Positions 9,778-20,307 of a DNA stretch of 64,000 nucleotides are shown here, piece after piece. Each line of letters opens with the position of its first letter. The first letter of the stretch is position 1. The notes beneath the pieces are model-generated. The model searched no databases. It was not told the origin of the DNA and saw nothing but the letters and a program-made list of their open reading frames with translations. Both the position numbers and the translations under genes were made by a program. The stretch is from an uncultured Verrucomicrobiae bacterium (GTDB taxonomy: Bacteria > Verrucomicrobiota > Verrucomicrobiia > Chthoniobacterales > Chthoniobacteraceae). Location of the stretch: the NCBI GenBank assembly GCA_963828525.1, contig CAWHEP010000002.1, positions 224,001 to 288,000 of the forward strand, written 5' to 3'.

Positions 9778-12211
9778 TTACCGGAGCAACTGTTCCATGG
9801 AAGAGTCTGGCTCAGACCCGAGTTCGACGGCGCGGCGATAGTCACTTCTTTGCTTTTTCCTTATCCGGGGGCTGGCCGGTGGCATAGACAACGGCGAGAT
9901 TGAAGTTGGCGTCCGCGTAATTCGGGTCGAGAGCGATTGCGGTCAAGAGTTCCTTCTCAGTGGCTTCGTGCCAGCCTTTCATGCTTGCGGTGATGCCGAG
10001 GTAATTGTGGGCTTGCGGGAGCTTGGGGTTGATGGCGAGCGCTTTTGTGAGCTGATCTACCGCGTCGTCGTATTTTCCCTGCTGGTAGTAAACAATTCCC
10101 AACGTCGTTCGCGAGAAGGTGTCGTTCGAGTCGATAGCGATCGCTTTTTTGAAGGCCTCTTCGGAGCCTTTGTATTTATTCAGTTTGAAGCGAACCACGC
10201 CAAGATTGGAAAGAATGAAGACGTTGTTCGGGGCTTTCAGGAGAGCCCGCTCGTAGGCGCGCTCCGACTCGCGAAATTTGCCGCGCTCGTAGGAGTCTTT
10301 CGCGTCCCGGACGAGCGGGAGCACCTCGGCTGGCACGTTGGGAGCAGGCGGGGCTGTGTCTACATGCGGCGATTCAGAAGCGCCAGACGCCTGTGGCGAA
10401 GAACCGGGAAGAGCGGGGGGAGACGCCGCTGCCAGACTGCCCGCAGTGCCGCTGACGAGCGGAGGCCGCGCGGCCTCGGGAGTGGCATTCGCGACGGGCA
10501 GCGGAGGGTTGATGCTGGTCTCCTGGGTTGCTCCCGGTTTGGGGGCGGCGATTTCAATGTTCACCTGATCCGGTGTTTCTGAGAGGGCGACATCGGGTTG
10601 CCTGAAGAGCGCGCTTTCCTGAGGACTGAGTTTCACGACGGGCTCGCTCAGATATTTGATCCTCTCCATGAGCACGCTGGATTGGCCCTCCAATTTCGAG
10701 AGTTCGCTTACAACGATGGTTCTGGATTGTTCGCGCCGCGCCTCCTCTTTCAGGCTCCTGTAAACGATCTGCCGGAGCATCGTATTCTCGTCGGTAAGCC
10801 TCTTTTTTTCCTCTGGTGTCGCGCCACCCGCTTTCATCCGCTCGAGTTCGCTGCTGGTGTTATCCAATTGGTTCTGCAGTTCCCCGATGGAAAGCTGAAA
10901 CTGCTTATTCTGTTTCTGCGTGGACGCGAGTTCATTCTTCGCGTCGGTGACTTCCTTTGTGAGACTGGCGATCTGCTCGTCTTTCCTGGGGCCGTCCTGC
11001 TTGAACTGGGTGATCTCTTTCTCGGCGTCCGCCAGTTTCTGCGTGAGGGAAGTATTGTCTTCCATCAGCTTTGCGACCTGCGTCTGAGCCTGCTTCAGCT
11101 TGTTCAGATCCGCGACGGCGGAGTCGCGTTGCTGCCTGAGCACATCGCGGTCTGACTTCACGGCGGCGAGCTCCTTTTCCGCGCCTTCGAACTTGGCGGT
11201 GAGATCGCTGGTCACGCGCTGGGCTTCGTCACGATCCTTGCGCAATGAGGCCACTTGTTTGGTCGCGTCCGCCAATTTGGCTGTCAGATCCGCGTTGCTC
11301 TTGCTGGTGGTATCCTGCTGCTTTGAGAGTTCGGCGACCTGCTTTTCCGCGGCGGCCAGCTTGTCCGCCATTTCCTTGTTTCTCTGACCGGCCTCGTCGC
11401 GGCTCTGCTTCAGGGAATCCGTCTTTTTCTTTACATTGTCATAGCGAGAGACGACGTCCTGGCTCTCCTGCCGAGCATCGTCGCGCTCGTCGCGAGCTTG
11501 CACGAGATCCTTCTGCAAACGCGCTATCTCCTGATCGAGCTTTGTTTTGCCGTTAAAGCTCTGCGAGCCTTCCGCCAGGGCATTCTTGAGAGCTTCCTCC
11601 AGCTCTCTCACCCGGGACTTTTGCTCAACGGCTTCCACTTTCCTCGCATCGCGATCGCGGAGGGCGTTTTCATACTTGCTCACCGCGTCCTGCTTCTGCC
11701 TCTCCAGAGTGTCGGCCCTCTCGTGTTCGGATTCCAGATCCTGTTCGAGGTGTTTGATCCTGTCCCTGATCTTTCTCGTGGCATCGTCCACCACGTCGTT
11801 GGGATTTGACGATGTGGGGACACTCACTTCCGCGGAGGGATTATCCCTCTCAGGCAGGGGAGGTTCATTAGATTCGGGGAGAGCCGATGAGGGGCTGACG
11901 GCTCCAGGCCCCTCGAGCCCGACCTTCTGCTGAAGTTTAGCGATGCTCTCGTCGGTTTTCTTTTTGCGATAATCGACAATCAGGGGCTGCCACTCGGCGA
12001 ATTCCTTTGTAAGCCTGTCGAGAAGCCCTTCGGCGTAGCGGTACTTGCCGAGAGCCAGCTTATAGTTGCCATCGCCCTCGTATTTTTCGCCTGCTTGCAC
12101 GGCGAGATATGCATTCAGGAAAAGGTCCGACGGGTCGACAGAGTCGGCGGCGAACGAGCTCAGAATGCAGCTTAGAAAAAAAACCAGCGATAAGAGGGTG
12201 GAACGCCCCAT
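9778..12211 (-). CDS. Exported long coiled-coil protein with C-terminal TPR repeats (apparent frameshift near 9843)
   Basis: Signal peptide, heptad-rich core, Pro-rich linker, TPRs; last TPR helix YRRAVELGSEPDSSMEQLLR* continues in the shifted frame to TAA at 9778. Confidence 0.85.
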
Positions 12212-12399
12212 AAAGACCGGCCAAGCTACGTCAGATCAAAAATCGTTGCAAGACGCATTCCCCCCCCGTAACGGGAGCGCAAAAGGCGCTTGTAAGGGGC
12301 CGCTTGCGCGAGGGCTTCCCCCGGTGAATCCACAGCGCGCGAGCGCCCCCTCGTATTGTAACATTCATGTGAATACTGGCCTCTGGCGCTGGGGTCGCG

Positions 12400-12428
12400 T
12401 TGACACTCCAAGCCCAGAGTGATACGTT
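12400..12428 (+). promoter_or_regulatory. Putative sigma70 promoter of HNH gene
   Basis: TTGACA-17 bp-TACGTT, 13 bp before ATG 12442. Confidence 0.5.
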
Positions 12429-12441
12429 CGCCGCAATTCCC

Positions 12442-13044
12442 ATGCTAGACCGGCATGTCCTAGTGCTAAATCGCTTGTGGCAGGCGGTGAATGTCTGCAC
12501 CGTCCGCCGCGCTTTTACCCTGCTTTGCCAGGGTCACGCGCAAGTTGTCTGCCCCGACGCGAACAACAATTTCTTCACGCACGATTTTGGCAGTTGGAAG
12601 GATCTTTCGGCGCGCGAACCCGAGTCAGAGATGGTTCACACGATTTCTTTCAAGGTGCGCGTGCCTCGTGTGATCGTGCTTCTGCTCTTTGATCGACTGC
12701 CGAAAAAAGAGGTAAAGTTTACCCGGCACAACATATTCGAGCGGGATAAGGACACGTGCCAGTATTGCGGCAAGGTCTTCGACCGGCGGGATCTGAACCT
12801 GGATCATGTGCTGCCGCGCGACAAGGGCGGCCAGACGACCTGGGAGAACGTGGTGTGCTCGTGCATCCCGTGCAATACCCGCAAGGGAAACCGATTGCCA
12901 CACCACGTGGGCATGCACCTCATCCGCAAGCCAAAGCGTCCGAAGTGGCAGCCGTTTATCAACATCACCTTTAACGGCCCGCACCATGATAGCTGGAAGC
13001 ACTTCATCGACATTGCCTACTGGAATGTCGAATTAAGCGACTAG
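12442..13044 (+). CDS. HNH endonuclease (McrA-like)
   Basis: VLVLN N-terminus; RD..CQYCG...LDHVLPR..GG..TWENVVCSCIPCNTRKGN. Confidence 0.9.
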   Translation: MLDRHVLVLNRLWQAVNVCTVRRAFTLLCQGHAQVVCPDANNNFFTHDFGSWKDLSAREPESEMVHTISFKVRVPRVIVLLLFDRLPKKEVKFTRHNIFERDKDTCQYCGKVFDRRDLNLDHVLPRDKGGQTTWENVVCSCIPCNTRKGNRLPHHVGMHLIRKPKRPKWQPFINITFNGPHHDSWKHFIDIAYWNVELSD

Positions 13045-13161
13045 TCCAAGTCGCGCGCTCCCGTTTCACCCTTAACTTAAGCACATCAGCGCGCTCATCC
13101 AGATCGAGGCGGCCCGCGCGGACCAGCTACGACCCGAGCAAAAATCCGTCTTCAAGCCTCC

Positions 13162-13357
13162 TCAATAACCGCGCAGTTCTTCCAGCAACGTCCGCGCGGT
13201 GTACGGCTTCATCAGAAAATGTTTGATGCCGCGCCGGCGGCCTTCGCAGAATAGCCGTTGGCTTTTAATCGGCTGGCCGCAACAATTTTGACGGCCGAAT
13301 TGATCTTCACCATCGCAAGGATCGTAGCGGGGCCATCCATCACGGCATCATCATATC
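13162..13357 (-). pseudogene. Remnant of a response-regulator receiver domain
   Basis: Manual translation across indels: DMMMPVMDGPATILAMVKINSAVKIVAAS...GIKHFLMKPYTARTLLEELR; no N-terminus. Confidence 0.7.
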
Positions 13358-13519
13358 GCGCGCCAGGTTACTCCTCACTTTAGACTAAGCCGATTTTCGA
13401 AATCTCTTAGGCGGGAGCTTCTATGGACTGACGGTCCTCTCGCCTTCCGATTTCTCAAACGCGAAAGGTCAACGGGAAGATTGAAGTGATTCAGAACGGA
13501 GCGCATACACCCCCCCGCT

Positions 13520-15487
13520 CTACGCGGAGGGGACCGCATCCCCCGGCTCCGACACCGGCTCGGCTCTTTTCACTGGCGTCGGCGTGGCTTCCGGGTTGTC
13601 CCGCTTCTTGCTCTTCTTTGAGTGCTTGCCCTTTTTGGGTTTTTCCTGCTCCTTGAAAAGTTCCTTCATAACCTTCGCCACGAGCGGGGCGGCGTAGATT
13701 CCTCCGTGGACGTCCGCCATCTTTGCGGCTCCCTCATAGAGCGCGGCGAACGCGTATTTCGGCTTGTCGGCTGGAGCGAAGCCCGCAAACCACGCCGCTG
13801 TGCGCTCGTTGTTTTTCGGCCCCCATTGCGCGGTGCCCGTCTTCCCCGCTACATCGACATTCGGGATGCGCGCGGCTGAAGCAGTGCCTGATGGCGACGA
13901 CACCACCGCGACCATTCCTTTTTTGATCTGCGTCAGCGTTTCAGCGGAGATGCCGAGTTGTTCCTTTATCCGCACCTCATACGCGGTGACGACCCGGCCA
14001 TCCAGCGTCTGCACCTGGCTCACGAGACGGCTCTGGTAACGGGTGCCGCCGTTGCCGATTGCGGCCATCGCCTGCGCCATTTGGAGAGGGGTGACAAGCA
14101 GATCACCCTGCCCGATCGCGAGGTTCGCAAGATCGCCGCCAAGCATTTTGTGGCCATGCACCCTCGTCATGTATTCCTCGCTTGGGACGCGTCCCGAATC
14201 TTCACCGTTCACCGGTATGCCTGTTTTCGCCCCGAGACCTGCTTTGGTCGCCCATTCGATGATCGGGCCGCTCCCTGTCTTTATGCCGACCTGGTAGAAA
14301 TAGGTGTCGCACGATTGCGTGAGCGCCTGCACGAAGTTCAGCGAGCCAGATCCCACCTTTTTCCAGTTGTGGAATGTCCGGTTCCCGATCTGCATCGCCG
14401 CCGGACAGCCGAACTCGTCGTCCGGCTTTATCGCTTCCGACTCGAGTGCCGCGAGCCCCACGATCACCTTGAACGTGGAACCTGGGGGATAGGCCGAGCG
14501 GAACGCGCGGGGGAGGAGCGGCTTATTCGGATTCGTGTTCAGTTCATTATACGCCTCGGGCGTGATCGCCGGAATAAAGGCGTTTGGATTGAACGAAGGC
14601 CACGAGGCGAGCGCGAGGATGTCCCCGTTATTCGGATCGACCACGACGAGAGCGCCGCGGACCGCTCCTTTCTGCAGCGCCTGCTCGGCGGAACGCTGGA
14701 TGTCCGCGTTGATGGTCGTGATAACGTTGAACCCGGGTTGAGGAGGCAAGACCACTTTTTCGGACGTCTTGGTTCCGCTGGCGTCCAGCGAGATACTCAT
14801 CTCCCCTACCCGCCCGGTGAGCTGCGCGTTGAACGTTTGCTCGATTCCCTCTCTCCCTTCCGATCCCGGCCACAAGGGGTCGTTGTTTTGAATCGGCCCT
14901 TCCGGCACCCGGCCTGATTTCCCCGTGTATCCGATCACGTGCGCCGCGAGGATGCCGTTAGGGTAAAACCGCTGATACACGGCATGGAGTATGACGCGCG
15001 CCGGCGCCGCGTTCCGGATCGTCGCGGTGTCAGCGGGCGACAGATCCTGGATGATATCCAACGGCAACGCGCCCCTGTTGCGGTAATGCTTTAGAATCTG
15101 CTCGTCGGTGACCGAGATCGGACGATCAACCAGGAGACGCACCGCGCGCAGTTGCTCATGCGCGAACTCCAGCACCCGGTCGTCAGCCACGTTGGGCCCG
15201 GGGAATTCCAGCGCGAGATTATTGCTGATCCGGGTTTGCGCAAGCGGCTCCCCTCGTGAGTCGGTGATTTGCCCCCTGGGAGCTGGGATGTTGAGCTGGA
15301 AGCTGCGGGCCTGCTTCTGCGTTTCAATAGTTGCCGCGATGGCAGTCCCCTCCGGAGTGCCGACCGGAGAGGGAGAAGCATCCTGCGCGAGCAGGGTGGC
15401 GAATGGGAGAACAAGCGCAGAGAGCAGACAGAGAATGGAAGGCGCTACGAGTTGCTGAACGGGCATTTCTCGGGAGGCTAAAGCCAA
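13520..15487 (-). CDS. mrdA: Penicillin-binding protein 2 (class B transpeptidase)
   Basis: PAPRGQI.D dimerisation domain; PPGSTFK, SCD and KTGTAQ catalytic motifs; start uncertain. Confidence 0.88.
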   Translation of the reverse strand: MALASREMPVQQLVAPSILCLLSALVLPFATLLAQDASPSPVGTPEGTAIAATIETQKQARSFQLNIPAPRGQITDSRGEPLAQTRISNNLALEFPGPNVADDRVLEFAHEQLRAVRLLVDRPISVTDEQILKHYRNRGALPLDIIQDLSPADTATIRNAAPARVILHAVYQRFYPNGILAAHVIGYTGKSGRVPEGPIQNNDPLWPGSEGREGIEQTFNAQLTGRVGEMSISLDASGTKTSEKVVLPPQPGFNVITTINADIQRSAEQALQKGAVRGALVVVDPNNGDILALASWPSFNPNAFIPAITPEAYNELNTNPNKPLLPRAFRSAYPPGSTFKVIVGLAALESEAIKPDDEFGCPAAMQIGNRTFHNWKKVGSGSLNFVQALTQSCDTYFYQVGIKTGSGPIIEWATKAGLGAKTGIPVNGEDSGRVPSEEYMTRVHGHKMLGGDLANLAIGQGDLLVTPLQMAQAMAAIGNGGTRYQSRLVSQVQTLDGRVVTAYEVRIKEQLGISAETLTQIKKGMVAVVSSPSGTASAARIPNVDVAGKTGTAQWGPKNNERTAAWFAGFAPADKPKYAFAALYEGAAKMADVHGGIYAAPLVAKVMKELFKEQEKPKKGKHSKKSKKRDNPEATPTPVKRAEPVSEPGDAVPSA

Positions 15488-15605
15488 AAAACAAAAGCAA
15501 AAACAAAAATCGCGGCGCGAAAAACCATCCGCGCTCAGGGCGCTTCACCGCTTGCAGCCTCAATCGGTTGTCGATTCTCACATCATCCACCGATACCTTC
15601 GCGCG

Positions 15606-16241
15606 ATGACTTCCAAACTCCTGCGGAAATGCTCTTCCCTGAACGAAGACGGCGTTTCAGTTCCGTACTTTTTATATCAGATGCTCCTGAATCGAATCCT
15701 CGGCAGGAAGCTTCTCCTCCATCAAAAGGTCAGGCTCATCCACCGCGAGAACGTCGATATCCAGGGCTTTTTACAGGTCGGGATTCAAGGTTACGGCTTC
15801 CTGGATCGCGATGATCGTACACTGTTGAACATCGCGGGAAAGCTGAGCGTTTCGGGACGTTTCTCCATCATGCGAGGTGCCCGCCTGGACATCGGAAAAA
15901 ACGCCATCTGCACTCTGCGCTCGGGCTTTATCGGACCCTTCACCAGGTTGATCATACAGCACGGCCTCGATATCGGGGCGGACTGCGCCATAGCTTGGAA
16001 CTGTGAATTCCTGGACGATGACTTTCATCAAATCGAAGGCGTCTCAGGCACAGGGGAAGCGATCTCAATCGGCAGCCACGTCTGGGTCGGAAGCGGCTGC
16101 AAATTTCTTCGCGGAGCAAAGGTGGCGGATGGCTCCATAGTCGCCGCCAACAGCCTGGTCAACAAAGCCTTCACGGAGCCCAACGTCCTCCTCGCTGGAA
16201 CGCCCGCCAAAATCGTAAAAAGGGACGTGAAATGGTCCTGA
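15606..16241 (+). CDS. Hexapeptide-repeat O-acyltransferase
   Basis: DDDFH, IGSHVWVG, IVAANSLV, AGTPAKIVK motifs; start uncertain. Confidence 0.85.
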   Translation: MTSKLLRKCSSLNEDGVSVPYFLYQMLLNRILGRKLLLHQKVRLIHRENVDIQGFLQVGIQGYGFLDRDDRTLLNIAGKLSVSGRFSIMRGARLDIGKNAICTLRSGFIGPFTRLIIQHGLDIGADCAIAWNCEFLDDDFHQIEGVSGTGEAISIGSHVWVGSGCKFLRGAKVADGSIVAANSLVNKAFTEPNVLLAGTPAKIVKRDVKWS

Positions 16242-16287
16242 ACGGACAACCCCTCCGTGTTCCAGGCTCCAGGCCAACTGCGCTGGC

Positions 16288-17634
16288 CTAGATCCGCTCA
16301 AAGTACCGCTGCCGCTCCCAATCGGTGATCGCGCTATCAAAAGCCTCCACCTCGAGCCGGGCGGTATGGACATAAAAGTTTACCACTCCATCCCCAAACG
16401 CCTTCCGCGCGAGTCGGCTTCCGTTCAGTAGCTCAGCGGCCTCTCGGAGGCTTTTCGGCAGCGCTGTCAGGTGATCATCCACGTACGCGTTGCCGACGTA
16501 CGCTTCTCCGCAATCCAGTTCCTCCTCTACTCCCGCCATCCCGGCCGCGACCGTCGCCGCGAATGCCAGATAAGGATTTGCGTCCCCGCCCGGCATGCGA
16601 TTCTCGATCCGGAAGCTCGTGTCTTCGCCCACCACCCGGAAGCCGGCAGTGCGGTTATCTCTCGACCATGCAAGCTTCGTGGGCGCCCAACTCGCGGACT
16701 GGTATCTCTTGTAGGCGTTAATCGTAGGCGCGAAAAAATAACAAAGCTCGCGCGAATACCGCATGAGACCCCCGAGGAAGTGCCGGAAGAACGGCGTGCT
16801 CCTCTTTCCCTCGGAATCCCAAAAGAGGTTCACTCCGTCCTTCCAGATGCTCACGTGGATGTGGCAGCTATTTCCAGGCTCAGCCTCCGAGTATTTCGGC
16901 ATGAACGAGACCGCTCTCCCAGCAGCCGCGGCGATCTCTTTCACCCCCTGCTTGAAGACCGTGTGCATGTCGGCAATTTCCATGGGCTCGCCGTGGCTGA
17001 AGTTGATCTCATGCTGGCCCCGGCCCCATTCTCCTTTGCTGGATTCCACAGATACCCCGGCGGCGATCATTTGGCTTCGGATGATCCTCAACAGGGCCTC
17101 ATCGCGGGCAGGCTGCATCGTATGGTAATCGATGCGATAATCGCTGGAGGGAACGAGCCCCGCATAATTCGCGGCGGAGGCCTCCCGATAGGTCGTGTCG
17201 AATAGGTAGAATTCCAGTTCGCTCGCGATCGCGCATGCCAGGTCAGCCGTCCCCAGCCGCTCCGACTGCCCGGCGAGAACGCTCCGCGGAGCTTCCGCTA
17301 CGCGCGCCCCTTCATGCTGATGAAGATCACAGAGCGCTAAAGCCGCTCCAGTTTGCCATGGGATCAGGCGCAGCGTGCCCAGATCGGGCCTCCACTCAAA
17401 GTCCCCAAACCCCTTCTCCCAGTTCGCCAGATCGAACCCCTCCATCGGTTCCATCTCGATGTCGACCGTGAGCAGGTAGTTGCAGCCATGCGTCCCGTGC
17501 TTCGCCACATTCTCGAGAAAAAAGGAAGCCACGTATCGCTTTCCCATCAATCTGCCGAACACATCCGGGAACGCCACGATCACCGTGTCGATCTCTCCCG
17601 CCTTCACTTTCACTTCAAGCTCTTCCAGCGTCAT
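16288..17634 (-). CDS. Glutamine synthetase-like gamma-glutamyl:amine ligase (GlnA4/PuuA type)
   Basis: FPDVFGRLMGKR, SELEFY, GQHEINF, GNSCHIH, RIENRMPGGDANPYL. Confidence 0.9.
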   Translation of the reverse strand: MTLEELEVKVKAGEIDTVIVAFPDVFGRLMGKRYVASFFLENVAKHGTHGCNYLLTVDIEMEPMEGFDLANWEKGFGDFEWRPDLGTLRLIPWQTGAALALCDLHQHEGARVAEAPRSVLAGQSERLGTADLACAIASELEFYLFDTTYREASAANYAGLVPSSDYRIDYHTMQPARDEALLRIIRSQMIAAGVSVESSKGEWGRGQHEINFSHGEPMEIADMHTVFKQGVKEIAAAAGRAVSFMPKYSEAEPGNSCHIHVSIWKDGVNLFWDSEGKRSTPFFRHFLGGLMRYSRELCYFFAPTINAYKRYQSASWAPTKLAWSRDNRTAGFRVVGEDTSFRIENRMPGGDANPYLAFAATVAAGMAGVEEELDCGEAYVGNAYVDDHLTALPKSLREAAELLNGSRLARKAFGDGVVNFYVHTARLEVEAFDSAITDWERQRYFERI

Positions 17635-17637
17635 CCG

Positions 17638-19059
17638 TCAGTCCTCCGCCACAAACACATTTTTCACTTCCGTATATCCCTCAAGCGCCGCCATCCCGAG
17701 ATCGCGTCCCATGCCGCTTTGTTTATAGCCGCCAAAAGGCGCTTCCACATGGACGCTGGAGTGCGAGTTGATGCTGAGCACTCCGCTTTCCACGCGCCTT
17801 GCCACCCTTAAAGCGCGTTTGAGATCGCTCGTCCAGATTGACCCGCTCAGTCCGTAAGGCGAGTCATTCACCTCGCGCAGCATGTCCGCTTCATTTGTGA
17901 AAGGCCGGATGCACGCCACAGGCCCGAATATCTCCTCGCGCCATACGGCATCCGACGTTTCGCATCCCGTCACCATGGCGGGACCGAGGAAGAAGCCCCT
18001 GTTCCCGCAACGCTTTCCGCCCTCCACCACGCGCCCTTCCAGTCCGCGCGCCTCATCCAGAAATCTCACCGCGTTTTCACGCTGCCCTGCTGAGGCGAGC
18101 GGCCCCATTTCTGTCTCAGCCTCCTCGGGATCCCCCACAACGATCGCCTGGCTCGCGCGCCAGAAATGTTCCATGAACTCATCCATTGCGGCCTCTTCCA
18201 CGAAGATGCGGCTTCTGGCGCAACAGTCCTGGCCCGCGTTCGCGAAGACACTCATCGGCGACGCGAGCGCGGCCTTTTTCACATCGGCATCCGCAAAGAC
18301 GATATTTGGCGACTTCCCTCCCAGCTCCAGCGACACCCGCTTTATGTCACGCGCTGCCAACTCCATGATATGCGACCCGATCCGAGTTGACCCGGTGAAT
18401 GAGATCTTCCTTACCAGCGGATGTTGCACCAGCGCGTCACCCAGTTCGCCTCCCGCCCCGCAAAGCACCTGTAAAGCGCCTGCTGGCAGACCCGCCTCCA
18501 ACGCAAGAGCGCCGAGTCGCAAGGCGCTCAGTGGAGACAGGCTGGCTGGTTTGAGCACAACGCAATTCCCTGCCGCCAGCGCCGGAGCCACCTTCCAGCA
18601 CGCGATAGGGAAAGGAAAATTCCACGGCACAATTGCCGCCACCACTCCCATCGGCTCGCGCAGCGTGAAATCAAATCCTCCTCGTCCCACAGGAATTGTT
18701 TGTCCCCCAAACTGCGAAATGGCTCCCGCGTAATACTCGAAAATCCTCGCCCCCAGGGCCGCCTCGTCCCGGGCATCCCGTATCGGTTTTCCGACACAAC
18801 GCGTATCCAGCAGCGCGATCTCCTCCGCGCGTTCCCGTATGAGCCGGGAAAGCGTAAAGAGCGCCTCCGCCCGCTTCCCGGGAGTGAGATCCCTCCAGCA
18901 GCTTTGGAAGCAGCGGTGGGAACCCGCTACCGCGTCCTCCACGTCGCCGATCTCCGCCGTAGCCACCTCACGGAAAATCTCTTCCGTTGCGGGGTTTACC
19001 AGCGCCGCGACCCGTTCGCGGGCGCCAGACCGCTCCTCCCCGTCGATGATCAGTTTCAT
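17638..19059 (-). CDS. NAD-dependent aldehyde dehydrogenase
   Basis: PWNFP, FTGST, LELGGKS, NAGQDCCA, EEIFGP, PFGGYKQSG. Confidence 0.95.
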   Translation of the reverse strand: MKLIIDGEERSGARERVAALVNPATEEIFREVATAEIGDVEDAVAGSHRCFQSCWRDLTPGKRAEALFTLSRLIRERAEEIALLDTRCVGKPIRDARDEAALGARIFEYYAGAISQFGGQTIPVGRGGFDFTLREPMGVVAAIVPWNFPFPIACWKVAPALAAGNCVVLKPASLSPLSALRLGALALEAGLPAGALQVLCGAGGELGDALVQHPLVRKISFTGSTRIGSHIMELAARDIKRVSLELGGKSPNIVFADADVKKAALASPMSVFANAGQDCCARSRIFVEEAAMDEFMEHFWRASQAIVVGDPEEAETEMGPLASAGQRENAVRFLDEARGLEGRVVEGGKRCGNRGFFLGPAMVTGCETSDAVWREEIFGPVACIRPFTNEADMLREVNDSPYGLSGSIWTSDLKRALRVARRVESGVLSINSHSSVHVEAPFGGYKQSGMGRDLGMAALEGYTEVKNVFVAED

Positions 19060-20180
19060 GCGTCTTGCATGGCTCTCCCATAAAGCTCCTGCAAATCCGC
19101 GCGTGTCACTGGCACTGGGTTCGTGGCGTGACAACCATCCTCGAACGCCTGCGCCGTTAAAGCTTCGATCTTCGACCGTTCCACACCGTGATTGCGCAAA
19201 CCCGGCTCTATGCCAACCTGGCTAAACAGCTTCCGCGTGGCCGCGATCGTTGCGGCGTCATCTGGATTGGTTATCCCCATGGCAATCCCTACCCGCGCGT
19301 AAAGCCCCGGCGCGCGCTCCGCGTTGAATTGCATCACCACAGGCAGACAAAGCGCGTTTGCCAGCCCATGATGCAAGCCGCACAAAGCCGACAGCGGGTG
19401 CGCCATCGAGTGAGTCGCGCCCAAATCCTTCTGGAAAGCGACACCGCCCATTGCCGCGGCCACTTGCATCAGTCCGCGCGCCTCCAGGTCTCCCCCATCC
19501 GCATGAGCCAGGGCGAGCGAGCGATTGATCAGGCGGATTCCTTCCAGCGCAATCCCATCGCAAAAAGGCTGAAACGTGGGCGATGTGTAGGATTCGATGC
19601 AATGCGTCAACGCGTCAGCGCCTGTCGCCGCCGTAAGCCGTGGTGGCAATTCCCGCGTAAACTCCGGATCCAGAATCACGAAGCTCGCCAGCAGCGACGG
19701 GTGAAACAGCACGCATTTCCGCTGTCCCATTATGATGACCGCGCTCCGCCCCACTTCGCTCCCGGTGCCCGCCGTGGTGGGGATCGCGACCAGCGGCGCG
19801 AGTCCGCTCCAGTCCAGGTTACCATCGAACAGGCGCAACGGCGCGTCTGGCCTTCGGATGAGGAGACGAACCGCCTTGCCCACGTCAAGCGCGCTTCCGC
19901 CGCCAAACGCGATGACCGCGTCGCACCCGCCTTCCGAGTAAGCGCGAAAGGCAGCCTCCACGTCCTCCTCCGCCGGGTTCGCGCGCGCGTCGGAGAAAAC
20001 ACGAAATTCCACCTCGCCTAAAGCAGCTTCCAACAGCTTGAACGCCGCTGTAGTACTGAGCCCGGCGTCAGTCACCACCAGCGGTCGGGAGCTTCCAAGC
20101 GCGGCTAACCGCGCTCGCAGCTCATCGCGCGCGCCCTTGCCAAAGAGGGTCGGGGTCGGAAAGGAAAACGTCGCTGCCAT
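19056..20180 (-). CDS. Iron-containing alcohol dehydrogenase
   Basis: GGGSALD, PTTAGTGSE, DALTHCIE, HSMAH, HHG. Confidence 0.93.
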   Translation of the reverse strand: MAATFSFPTPTLFGKGARDELRARLAALGSSRPLVVTDAGLSTTAAFKLLEAALGEVEFRVFSDARANPAEEDVEAAFRAYSEGGCDAVIAFGGGSALDVGKAVRLLIRRPDAPLRLFDGNLDWSGLAPLVAIPTTAGTGSEVGRSAVIIMGQRKCVLFHPSLLASFVILDPEFTRELPPRLTAATGADALTHCIESYTSPTFQPFCDGIALEGIRLINRSLALAHADGGDLEARGLMQVAAAMGGVAFQKDLGATHSMAHPLSALCGLHHGLANALCLPVVMQFNAERAPGLYARVGIAMGITNPDDAATIAATRKLFSQVGIEPGLRNHGVERSKIEALTAQAFEDGCHATNPVPVTRADLQELYGRAMQDA

Positions 20181-20307
20181 AACGTCCCGGGATGTTATCG
20201 CAAAGCGGGAGCGTTGTCATCGGTTCGACGTCCCGCGCCGCTATATTCTTTTGGTTGCCCGCGTCCCCGCTATATTCCAGTGTGACCCTCCATTAATTCC
20301 CCCTTGA

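Noticed and set aside
12212..13520. HNH gene as an IscB/HEARO-type RNA-guided nuclease with flanking ncRNA
   Set aside because: Only about 200 aa, with no RuvC or PLMP motifs; it matches the common stand-alone HNH type. The upstream gap has an ordinary promoter and the downstream gap a receiver-domain remnant.
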